From Malacoraja senta (lineage: Eukaryota): a stretch of 64,000 nt of DNA. Both the position numbers and the translations under genes were made by a program. How positions within the stretch are numbered: the first letter of the stretch is position 1; each line of letters opens with the position of its first letter. The notes below the pieces were generated by a model, which was not told the origin of the DNA, made no database searches, and saw nothing but the letters and a program-made list of their open reading frames with translations. This document shows positions 53,195-64,000 of this stretch, one piece after another. The stretch is from NCBI GenBank assembly GCA_038087875.1, contig CM075991.1, positions 7,256,001 through 7,320,000 of the forward strand, given 5' to 3'.

Positions 53195-53740
53195 CCCCCA
53201 CGCTCCCGTCTCCCCCTTCTCTCTCCCCTATTCTCTCTCTCTCCCCTATCTTTCTCCCTTCTCTCTCTCCCTTCTCTCTCTCCCCACTTCTCTCTCTCCC
53301 CCTCCCCTCTCTCTCCCCCTCTCCCTCCCTTCTCTCTCTCCTCCCTCTCTCCCTCCTCTCGCTCTCCCTCTCTCTCTCTTCTCTCTCTCCCCTTCTCTCT
53401 TTCTCTCCCCTCTTCTCTCTCTCCCCCTCCCTCTCCCCCCTCTCTCTCTCCCTTCTCTCTCCCCTTCTCTCTTTCTCTCCCCTCTTCTCTCTCTCCCCCT
53501 CCCTCTCCCCCTCTCTCTCTCCCTTCTCTCTCTCCCCTTCTCTCTTTCTCTTCCTTCTCTCTCTCCCCTGTCCCTCTCTCCTCCCCTCTCTCCCATCCCT
53601 CTCTTCCCCTTCTCTCTCCCCTCCTCTCTCTCCCCCTCTCTCTCCCTTCTCTCTCTCCCCTTCTCTCTTTCTCCCCCTTTTCTCTCTGCCCCCCCTCTCT
53701 CTCTCTCCCTTCTCTCTATCCCTTTCTCTCTCTCCCCCCC
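53195..53740. repeat. ~540-bp polypyrimidine/polypurine (CT-rich) tract
   Basis: Almost exclusively C/T on the plus strand. Confidence 0.95.
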
Positions 53741-53789
53741 ACTTATGCAGAGCGGCTATGGAAGTTGAGAAAACTGGCACTGATAGCAA

Positions 53790-53992
53790 AGATAGACACA
53801 AAATGCTGGAGTGACTCAATGGGACAGGCAGCATCTCTGGAGAGAAGGAATGGGTGGCGTTTCGGGTCGAGACTCTTCAGACTCAGTCTTCAGATCTGAA
53901 GAATGGTCTCGATACGAAACGTCACCCATTCCTTCTCTCCAGAGATCCTGCCTGTTCCGCTGAGTTACTCCAGCTTTTTGTGTCCATCTTCG
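53790..53992. mobile_element. Penelope-like inverted pair
   Basis: Inverted arms around TCTTCAGA TCTGAAGA. Confidence 0.75.
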
Positions 53993-56113
53993 GATAAAAC
54001 AGTTGACAGATTCTGGTGTTTTGTGCGTGGGAGCTTGCTGTGTGCGTTCCGAGGGAGAGTGGGGGCTGTCCCGAGGGATGCGCATGGGAAAGGGAATCTC
54101 AGGACATTTCAAGCTACCTGACCGTGATTTTTTCTGCCATTAGAAGGAATAGGCCATCTGCATCCATGATTTTGCAACATAGTATAAAATAATTTTTTGC
54201 AACCTAAGAAAGTCGCAGCATTATACTGTTGACATATTTTTGTAGCCTTTTCAGGCAGGATATGCAGAAGCCATATTTGACACAGTGCAACCCCATCAAT
54301 GTCAGCGTGATCATGGTGAGATAGCCTCCTTGACTAAGCTTGGTTGAGATACACGGGAATCTGTCCTCACCACAGAATCAAAATAAGGAAATTAGTTTCA
54401 TATCTCATCTGGACCTCCAAACATGCAACGTTACCTCAGCCTATCTTTGGGATGATCAGCCGACAGTAGTTGTCAGGTTTCTCATGGGAATTGGAACTTA
54501 AGGACTGCCAACTCAGAGGGTAGAGTGCAGCCTAATGTGTCAAGACCCATAACATGATATGCCTTGGTGCCATTCACTGTGTCTACTTCACAGGTTTTGG
54601 ATGAGCACAAACTCTTTGTTCACAAAATTCAAGATGATTCAAGCCATTTCTGTCCTCATTTGAATTCCCTCCATTCACTTCCGTGACCAATGCGGTTAGC
54701 AGTTAGCAGTGGAAAATCAACAATATGACTTTAACGGGTTAGCAGTGGAAAATCAGCAATATGATCCTTTTGAAAATGTCAAATTTGCTTCATTTGTCAA
54801 CAGATTGCTGCTCTGGTAACCACAGCAACAGCTCTGAGTCCTTCGCCCTTCCTTGAGGACTCAACATGGTGCCTTTCAATACTAAAGTGCAGCTGGCTCC
54901 AAGGGTATAATTACTCGATGGCAAGAGATGTCACTGGATGCCCACAATTTTCCAAACTCCCCCACCCCAACTTTGGAGGAATGTACCAGTCAACAGAGTA
55001 GTTGACAAAGCACAGCATGCACATTGATGGGTGAGGGTGGTTCTAAAGTGAAAACTATTGAGTTAAACAGTATGAAGGAAGCATCTTAAATGCTATCCTG
55101 CCAAGCAACAGAAATAAAAGTTGTTAATGGCAGCATATTCCTCTTACTTTGGCATTAAAGGTACCGTGGAAGTTACTCATGAAAGAAGCATTGCTCTGAT
55201 TCCTTTTGTATTGCCATGCATGTGAGTGCTGTGTTCAAAATGTTCAAATTGGCTTCCAATGGGCAGTTCAGTCCTCTGTATAATGGACAACAAATGATTC
55301 AAGTCCAGATCTATAGCCCAGCAAAGTAAAACCTCTGAGGATTTGACTGCAATGTTTCTCAACACTTTAAAACGATTGTTAATCTAGATGGTGGGTTGTG
55401 GCAGACTCGATTTCCTCCCAAAGTCTTTACTTTTGTTTTTGGGGTGGATGGATTGTTATTGATTCAACACAGATGGTACTCAAAAGAGTATAAAACAATA
55501 AAATCCATTTTAGAGGAAGAACTATCTTTTCTCTCTTAAATTATTTTCTTAAAATCTTCCTCACCGATGATCAGCTCAATCTAGGGTCATCCTTTCCAGC
55601 TCAGGGTCAGATTTTGATGACACTCTTGTTGAGAACCATGGGCCTGTTTATGTCATGAATACCAGAGCCAGGACCACTGGTATATATAAATATATATTTA
55701 TATTGCAGATATAAATATAATATAAATGCGACTAGCTAGCTCTAGTAATCCAGCCAAGGGCTGTAGCCCTTCTGTGGATTTAGAGTCACATTGAGGCCAC
55801 ATGAGCGTGGACAGCATTGATCATTCCCTGGGGGATGCTAGGAACCAGGTGAGCTTCTAATACCGTTTTTTTGATTTTTTTTTTCATGGACACCGTTAGT
55901 AATGCAAACACTGTATACATCCATCAGCTTTGGAAACAAAGAACTGCAGATGGTGGTTTATACCGAAGATAGACACAAAGTGCTAGAGTAATTCAACGGG
56001 TCAGCCGGCAGCAAAATGTCAAGTGACGTTTCGGGTCGGGCCTGAAGAAGGAACCTGACCCGAAACGCCACCTGCCCTTTTTCTCCAAAGCTGTTGCCTG
56101 ACCCACTGAGTAA

Positions 56114-56865
56114 TGGGCCTGTCCCATTTAGGCTATTTTTAGGCGACTCCCGGCGACTGTCGTAGTCGTAGAAGGTCGCCGAAAAACCACGACTGGATCC
56201 CCCTTTGAGATAAAATTTGAAATAGAATCATTATTTTAAGAACAACAAAAAACCTAAGTCAGCACCGGCCATAACCTACGTCACCTGGCGACAACCTACG
56301 TCACCTGGCGACAACCTACGTTAACCTGGCGACAACCTACGTCACCTGGCGACAACCTACGTCACCTGGCGACAACCTACGTTAACCTGGCGACAACCTA
56401 CGTTAACCTGGCGATAACCTACATCACCTGGCGATAACCTACATCACCTGGCGACAACCTACGTTAACCTGGCGATAACCTACATCACCTGGCGATAACC
56501 TACATCACCTGGCGACAACCTACGTCACCTGGCAACAACCTACGTTAACCTGGCGACAACCTACGTCACCTGGCGACAACCTACGTTAACCAGGCGACAA
56601 CCTATGTTAACCTGGCGATAACCTACGTCAACCTGGCGATAACCTACGTCACCTGGCGACAACCTACATCACCTGGCGACAACCTACGTCACCTGGCGAC
56701 AACCTACATCACCTGGCGACAACCTACGTCACCTGGCGACAACCTACATCACCTGGCGACAACCTATGTCACCTGGCGACAACCTACGTTAACCTGGCGA
56801 CAACCTACGTTAACCTGGCAACAACCTACGTTAACCTGGCGACAACTACGACAGCACCTACGTCA
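56114..56865. mobile_element. Truncated Harbinger-type MITE carrying expanded minisatellite
   Basis: TAA then TGGGCCTGTCCCA left TIR; no right TIR seen. Confidence 0.65.
56272..56846. repeat. 20/21-bp minisatellite, ~28 units
   Basis: ACCTGGCGACAACCTACGTC and ACCTGGCGACAACCTACGTTA variants, head to tail, no spacers. Confidence 0.95.
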
Positions 56866-57217
56866 GGCATCTGGATTTTTAGTGCAGCGAATTAATCAGT
56901 ATATATTCTAAGTGCAATTGAATAATTTGGTTTGTTACTTCAAGCAGGTGTCGAGAAAATGTGGCGTTTCTGATGGCCTCATAATGTTAATGTGAGACCC
57001 TCGTGACCTGCTAGGAGATTGAGTTTGAGTTTATTTTATTGTCACATGTACCGAGGCACTGTGAAAAGCTTTTGTTGCGTCCTAACCAGTCAGCAGAAAG
57101 ACGGTACATGATTACAATTTAGCCATTCACAGTGTACACATACGCGATTACGGGAATAGCGTGAATAACGTTTAGTGCAAGATAAAACACCCCCCAGCAT
57201 TATTATTTCACAACTAA

Positions 57218-57493
57218 TGGTGGCGGCACAATGGAGCTGCAGTAGAGTTGCTGTCTTACAGCGCTTGCAGCACCAGAGACCCGGGTTCAATCCCGACCAC
57301 AGAGTTTGCATGTTCTCCCCGTGATCGCGTGGGTTTTCTCCGAGATCTTCAGTTTCCTCCCACACTCCAAAGATGTACAGATTTGTCGGAAAATGTATAT
57401 GCTTGGTATATGTGAAAATTGTCCCTAGTGTGTGTAGGATAGTGTTAACGTGTGGGCCTGTTTCCGTGCTGTATCTCTAAACTAAACTAAACT
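57218..57493 (+). mobile_element. V-SINE (HE1-like)
   Basis: GGGTTCAATCC B-box; (AAACT)n tail. Confidence 0.8.
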
Positions 57494-58524
57494 TGCACTA
57501 TTCATCAGGCAACAGCACCTCGATTTGCAGAATCTTTATTCCCACTCTGATCTCTTTCCTCTGCTTGTCAATTCTGTCAACTACACTTGCTCTGACCAAA
57601 TCTGCTCATTTGCCTTCAGAACACATGGTGCTAACAGGTTTTGAATTTGTGCAATGGAGTGAAATATCTGATCGACTTCTAATTGTGCATCTTCCTTAGT
57701 TTTTTTTTTGCATCATCAAAATCTGTGGCTTTGAATTTGAGTTGTGTATGTTCTCAGGAGAGAAAGACTGCAGATGTTGGAATCTGATGCAAAAAGCAGA
57801 TTGTTGGAACAACACAGCTGCTGGAGTAGCATCTAATGGCGTGGGGGGGGGGGGGGGCGGTGGAGGGGATAAAATGATTGACTTTTCGAATCCAATCCGC
57901 AATGCAAAAAAATTAATCCTCGCGTGTTTTTATTGACAATGCACAAGTGTCAATAAGGTGTAGGTTAGGGAGGGGGGGGGGGGGACAAAATTGAGACTAA
58001 TTCTTGAGTAGAAAGGTCAATAGTTAAAGACATTGATTTGAGAAAATTAGTAAAGGGAATAAATGGAAACTCAGGAAGAAATAATCGAAAATTGGAGTGG
58101 AATTTACTGCCTGAAAGTGCAGTAATGGCAGAAACCTTTATCTCATTTAACAAATAGTTCATGAACATTTGACGTGGTGTAACTTAGAGAAAGCTACAGA
58201 ACCAGTGAGTAGAATTTGTCTCAGTTGTTTATTTTGGACATGATGGACCAGCCTTCTTCTCTTTAAGAAAGGTCGATGGTTTTATGGACAGGCATAGTTA
58301 CCAGCAGTGTCTATCTGCTCAGTATGGTGTTATGTCATCACACAAAGATTCTGCCATTTACCTAACCATGCTAATGTGGTAACATATCATATCTTGACCC
58401 AAAACGTCACGTATTCCTTCTCTCCAGAGATGCTGCTTAATCCGCTGAGTTACTCCAGCATTTTGTGTCAAACTTCGGTTTAAACCAGCATCTGCAGTTC
58501 CTTCCTAAACATATTAGAATGTGT

Positions 58525-58962
58525 ATTTAGAGATACAATATGGAACAGGACGTTTGGCCCACCAAGTCCACTCCGAACATCGATCATCCGTTCACACTAC
58601 CTCTATGTTTAAGAAGGAACTGCAGATGCTGGAAAATGTCTGAAGAAGGGCTTCGACCAGAAACGTTGCCTATTTCCTTCGCTCCATAGATGCTGCCTGA
58701 TCCGCTGAGTTTCTCCAGCATTTTTGTCATACTACTTCTGTGTTGTTCCACTTTCTGATCCACTCCCTTCACGCGAGGGGCCAATTAACTTACAAACCTA
58801 CAAATCTTTGAGATATGAGAGGAAACCGGAGCACCCAGAGGAAACTCGTGTGGTCACAGGGAGAACGTGCAAACTCCACACAGATAGCAGCCGAGGTCAG
58901 GATCAGATCCGGGTCGCTGGTGCTGTGAGGCAGCAGCTCTAACAGCTGCCCCACTGTGCCGC
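58525..58962 (-). mobile_element. V-SINE with Penelope-like insert (58605-58728)
   Basis: SINE halves flank an insert containing CTGAAGAAGGGCTTCGACCAGAAACGTT. Confidence 0.7.
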
Positions 58963-59832
58963 ATTATGTATTGACATTGAGTAACACTTCCCTCCTCATC
59001 ATCCCCAACTTTAACACAGCCAAAATAAATGGGTTGCCAAACGATCTTCCATGAAGGTAGCCCTTAATAATTATATGGCGTTAGAGAAGTAAAGTTTCCC
59101 ATTCTGCATGAGTTCTGACTTTGCCCTGGTGACTAGGTGTCGAAAGTAAACTAACAATTTTATAACCCAGTCACATGAATTAAATTGAATCAGGTCTGAT
59201 TATTTCATGCAAGGATTATTTGCAGTCGTCCTTGGAGTTAAACACAGAAAGCCATGGGGTTATGTCGCATTAAGTCTACATTAGCACATTTCCCAGTAGT
59301 CACAGTTTTTTAATTAACAAATGCTGACTTAGTGCCGAGATTTAATTCTTACAAAAGTCCTGAGCACTCATTCCGAAAACATGCCCTGATTGCAGACATT
59401 ATTAAGCTACGTGATTACCCAGTGCCTTGTTTCTCACTTGCTCTTTCTCCCTCTACCTCGCTCGTCCTACATGCTTACAGGCAGGCTTTAAGTGCTGGTG
59501 TTCTGGATGTCAAAGCCAGGTTGCTGCCTAATGCATCGCTGAAAAAAAAATAAGATCACGTAATGGTCCCTTACTAAGTCTTTTAGAAACGCTGTAGAGC
59601 TTTCAGAAATATATATTCCTGTGACATGGAGAGCCTATTGTGTTTGGTGGAGCAAGGGTTGGGTAAGTTCTGACTTTTGCCCCAGCAAGACACATAAACC
59701 CAGCTTTATTTATTGTTATATTTGAGGCAGCAGCATTATTCAAAGCAGCACGTATGTCCTGAACTTCCACTTGAACTGGACAAAGGGACCTCAGATTAAC
59801 ATTTCATCTGACTCTGACAATGCAGCACTCTT

Positions 59833-60264
59833 TCATAGAAACATAGAAAATAGGTGCAGGAGTAGGCCATTCGGCCCTTCGAGCCTGCACTGCCATTCAA
59901 TATGATCATGGCTGATCATCCAACTCAGTATCCTGTACCTGCCTTCTCTCCGTACCCCCTGATCCCTTAAGCCACAAGGGTCACATCTAACTCCCTCTTA
60001 AATATAGCCAATGAACTGGCCTCAACTACCTTCTGTGGCAGAGAATTCCACAGATTCACCACTCTCTGTGTAAAAAAATGATTTTCTCATCTCGGTCCTA
60101 AAAGACTTCCCACTTATCCTTAAACTGTGACCCCTTGTTCTGGACTTCCCCAACATTGGGAATAATCTTCCTGCATCTAGCCTGTCCAACCCCTTAAGAA
60201 TTTTGTAAGTTTCTATAAGATCCCCCCTCAATCTTCTAAATTCTAGCGAGTACAAGCCGAGTCT
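59833..60264 (-). mobile_element. Young CR1 3' end
   Basis: Near-identical to 35652-36089. Confidence 0.9.
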
Positions 60265-60566
60265 TTAGACTTTAGAGATACGGCATGGAAACAGGCTCTT
60301 CAGCCCATCAAGTCCGTGCCGACCAGCGATCACCTTGTACACTAGCACTACCCTACAAAACATAGGGATCATTTTACAGAAGCCAATTAACCTGCAGACC
60401 TGCACGTCTTTGGAATGTGGGAGGAAATCGGAGCACCCGGAGAAAACCCGCGCGGTCACAGGCAGAACGTACAAACTCCGTACAGGCCGCACCTGAGGCC
60501 AGGATTAAATCTGGTTGTCTGGTGCTGTAAGGCAGCAACTCTACCGCTGCACCACTGTGCCGCCCC
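60265..60566 (-). mobile_element. V-SINE (HE1-like)
   Basis: Full-length-looking copy abutting the CR1. Confidence 0.8.
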
Positions 60567-61076
60567 ACAGTAATCTTACGCAGTACATAAATCCATCGGG
60601 TTAGACAAGCTCAGCGGGTCAGACAACAGCGGACCCGCTGTTGAAGAAGGGTCCCAACTCGAAACATTGTCCGTTCATTCCCTCCGCAAATACTGCCTGA
60701 CCTGCTGCGTTCTTTCAGCACGTTGTGTTTTGCTCACAATTTCAGCATGTGCACTTTCTTGTGTCTGCGTTGAACGTTTGCATTTTTGCGAAGATTGCGT
60801 TGTCATTATGGTAGAATGAGTTTCAGAAGCATGCCTGAGAAACCAGGCTTGAGGTTGGAGATTTATCTACAAAACACACACTTCTGTCCAGTCTGCATTC
60901 TACTCTCTCAGTCCATACCCTCTTGAGACCGGATCATCATTCACAGTGTTCTGACTCAAATGAAATCAACTCAACACCAATTTTGAAGTCAGTATTTTAT
61001 GGTTTACTCTTATTGTATCTTATTCAGAAAGTGGGCTTTACACCCTTATGTCCAATCCGGCTTTAATACCCGAGCT

Positions 61077-61295
61077 GTGTAGGAAGGAACTGCAGATGCT
61101 GGTTTAAACCGAAGATAGACACAAAATGCTAGAATAACTCAGCGGGACAGGCAGCATCTCTGGAGAGAAGGAATGGGTGAAGTTTCAGGTCGAGACCCTT
61201 TTTCAGTCTGAAGAAGGGTCTCGACCCGAAACGTCACTCATTCCTTCTCTCCAGAGATTCTGACTGTCCCGCTGAGTTACTCCAGCTTTTTGTGT
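61077..61295. mobile_element. Penelope-like inverted pair
   Basis: Inverted arms around TTCAG TCTGAAGA. Confidence 0.8.
61205..61238 (+). ncRNA. Putative minimal type I hammerhead ribozyme (best copy)
   Basis: AGT-CTGAAGA-A-GGGT(CTCG)ACCC-GAAA-CGTC-ACT: full core, 4-bp helix II, palindromic ACGT helix III, 3-bp helix I; activity untested. Confidence 0.65.
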
Positions 61296-61442
61296 TAATA
61301 CCTGAGCAATTGATCTCAGATTGATAGCTGCTGTATTTCTCGTTACGGGAGTGACATAGTGTGGATGTTGAACCTGACAATTGGCAGTGAGATGCTGCAA
61401 GTATGTCCCACAACCATCTGTTAAATCTATTGAAGAAAGATT

Positions 61443-61781
61443 CTGTCTGAAGAAGTGTCTCGACCCGAAACGTCACCTATTCCTTTTCTCCAGAGATGCT
61501 GTCTGACCTACTGAGTTACTACAGCTTTTTGTGTCTAGCTTCTGAGGAAAGATTAAGGCAGGTTTATCTTTACTGGAATTTGGATGAGTGAGAAGTAATC
61601 TCCATCAAGAATAATGTTTAAGAAGGAACTGCAGATGCTGGAAAATCGAAGGTACACAAAAATGCTGGAGAAACTCAGCGGGTGAGGCAGCATCTATGGA
61701 GCGAAGGAAATAGGCAATGTTTCCGGTCGAGACCCTTTTGCAGAATCAAGAAGGAGCTCACCCACTGAGTTTCTCCAACAT
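61443..61781. mobile_element. Two further Penelope-like inserts (61443-61542, 61615-61781)
   Basis: Near-perfect TSDs TGA(A/G)GAAAGATT and TCCATCAAG(A/G)ATAA. Confidence 0.7.
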
Positions 61782-62261
61782 TCCATCAAGGATAAGGTCA
61801 TGAAAGGTATGAATGGGGAGGATACTGAGAGGCTCTTTACTCTGGCTTGGGAACCATGTATCATGGAGCAAAGTCTCTCAGGTTCTGGTCTGCATTTAGT
61901 TGTGAAAAGAGAAGAAATTTCATTTCTTGCAGAAATATATCTTTGAAATTCTTTATCTCAGAGGACTGTGGATGCTCAGTTGATACGTATGTCCAAGGTT
62001 AAGGCAGAGGAATTGTACACCAGAGGAATTGGAGGATATGGGAATTACATGGTTAAGAAGTTGTGGTTTGGCCAAGAACTTGAATTACAGATCAGGCTCA
62101 AAGGACTGTGTGGATGGCTTTTTAATGATTAAGATAATGCAGTGCTACTAACAAACCGCTTTCATTAAAAAGGGGAATTATCACCTATTGGAGCCCTCTT
62201 AGTCTTGGCCATTAGTATGACTTTGAATAGTATCAAGGTAAAGAGAACACAGATAGGGTAG

Positions 62262-62416
62262 GAAGGAACTGCAGATCCTGGTTTAAACCGGATAGAGTTT
62301 GGAGTAACTCAGCAGGACAGGCAGCATCTCTGATAGAACGAATGGGTGACGTTTTGGGACGAGACCCTTCTTCAGACTGATGTTTCGGGTTGAGACCCTT
62401 CTTCAGACAGGCTTCT
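62262..62416 (-). mobile_element. Penelope-like insert with two tandem degenerate cores, at the start of a CR1 3' end (to ~62745)
   Basis: 13-bp TSD ACAGATAGGGTAG (62249-62261; 62417-62429). Confidence 0.75.
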
Positions 62417-63734
62417 ACAGATAGGGTAGACGGTCAGAATTTTTTTACCCAGGATGGAAAAATCAAATACGAGAGGACACAGCTTGAAGGTGAGAGGGGC
62501 AAAGTTTGAAGGAGATCTGTGGGGCAAGTTTTTTACACCGAGGATGGTGGCCTGAGACACACTGCCGGGGGTGATGTTGGAGGTCGATAGGATAGTGGCA
62601 TCTAAGAAATGTTTGGATAGGCTTATGGATAGGCATAGAATTGGGGGATATGGATTATGTGCAGGCAGATTAGAGGTGGTTTTAGCATTATGTTTGGCAC
62701 AGACATTGTGGGCCGAAGGTTCTGCTCTTGTGCTGTACTATTGTAACCAAGTTCCATTCTAAAGTGCCACGGAACATCTCCCCTTGCATTGGTTCGTCCT
62801 GCATCCAGTTGTGGAGGTGTGCTGCCAAACCTGTAATGGCAAAACAGACCCCGTAAATAGGCAGAATGAGTTGGAAAGAAAACTGTACATCTTCAAACCT
62901 TTGTGGGCATTGAATAAATTGAATCGCTTTGTGTAAAATATAGCCGAAACAGTGAATGAAGCTGAGAAAATCTCCTTACTTGCTCCGATGTAACTTGATT
63001 AGTATCCGGCGTGAGGTGCATTGTACCACACACAGACAACGGTGGTTGAAATATGTTGAAATATGTGCTCCTGGATAACTTACCCCTGAAAGGATGACAA
63101 TGATAATTTATGAGCAGCAGGCCTTGGGAGTTAACTTCATGCCATTCATTGCTGCTGGCTGCTGCTGCTGCACCATCTGAATATGAGCAGCAAATCTTGT
63201 CAACTTCCAGAACTGCTCAGCAAATGTCAAATTGTCATTCCATTAATCAGTCAAGCAGGTTGCCTCATGATTTGATGTGCATTTTATTCGCCTTCAATCT
63301 CTGTTGCCGTTTTTCTTTGTGGACTGATTTGTGCTTTTTTTGCACAACTGACTTCCTTATCACTGTTTTGTGTTCTTGTGAATGTCCAGCTTTGTGACAC
63401 TGGAGTGTTAATCATCTTGTCAGGCCTTTGGACTCTGTCTGAGGAAGAATCGCACCGTGGGGAAATTATGGGGCTCGGTTTTGTCTTGGTTGCCTGGAAA
63501 CAGCATCCATACAGGTGAGAGGGGAAGCTTCCTTGAGCTAGTCCTTTCAATTCATGCACTTCTAATTCTCTGTCTGTGATAGTATGGGAAGCTGAATAAA
63601 TACTCCAGGGTATTGCTGAAACAATAAGCACCCATTAACAATGCAAAAAAGATTAGAGATTGGTGCTTAAGGGTACAAGATGACACCAGAATTGCAGCAA
63701 ATCTTGTGTACTGCCTCAGTGTAATCTACTTGGT

Positions 63735-63990
63735 TAGTTAGTTAGTTACTTTAATTTATTGTCATGTGTATCGAGGTACGGTGAAAAGCTTTTGTTGCAT
63801 GCTAACTAGCCAGCGGAAAGACAATACATGATTACAATCGAGCCATTCACAGTGTATAGATACACGATAAGGGAATAACACTTAGTGCAAGGTGAAGCCA
63901 GTAAAGTCCGATCAAGGATAGTCCGATGAGATGGATAGTAGTTCATGACTGCTCTCTGGTTGCAGTAGGATGGTTCAGTTGCCTGATCAC
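63735..63990 (-). mobile_element. LINE 3'UTR fragment (Rex/L2-like tail)
   Basis: TTTATTGTCA.G/ATGTA.CGAGG.AC.GTGAAAAGC shared with 57020-57190 and 14040-14310. Confidence 0.6.
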
Positions 63991-64000
63991 ATTCTTGTAC

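Noticed and set aside
52866..53834. 221-300 aa ORFs on both strands
   Set aside because: Stop-free because of the CT tract; low-complexity S/L/P or E/R/G
56272..56846. CRISPR-like regular repeat array
   Set aside because: Units are contiguous with no unique spacers, no cas genes, eukaryotic context

Overview
Non-coding, repeat-dense vertebrate genomic DNA. The repeat set (HE1/V-SINE-type tRNA SINEs, CR1 LINEs, DeuSINE relics) points to a cartilaginous fish, probably a skate or ray; this is inference. I recognise no host protein-coding exon, rRNA, true tRNA or CRISPR array, and nearly all ORF-track entries are spurious or transposon-derived. Contents: a young 5'-truncated L1-clade LINE with an open 3' ORF2 and TSD (8753-10630); a second L1 stub; several Rex1/Babar-type RT fragments; many CR1 3' ends; at least 9 PIF/Harbinger-type MITEs (TAA/TTA TSDs); one hAT MITE (8-bp TSD); one non-autonomous Helitron; two GC-rich non-coding LINE-derived elements; micro/minisatellites; and a 200-N gap. 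The most striking signal is a ~100-250 bp repeat at roughly 25-30 loci. Its core, CTGAAGA-A-GGGT(N4)(A/G)CCC-GAAA-CGT(C/T), matches the minimal hammerhead ribozyme of Penelope-like elements. It occurs as inverted pairs and tandem pairs and, at several loci, between 12-15 bp TSDs. Two same-orientation copies bracket ~2.4 kb of apparently captured genomic DNA inside a Harbinger MITE. Coordinates of degenerate copies are approximate; no alignments or database searches were run.
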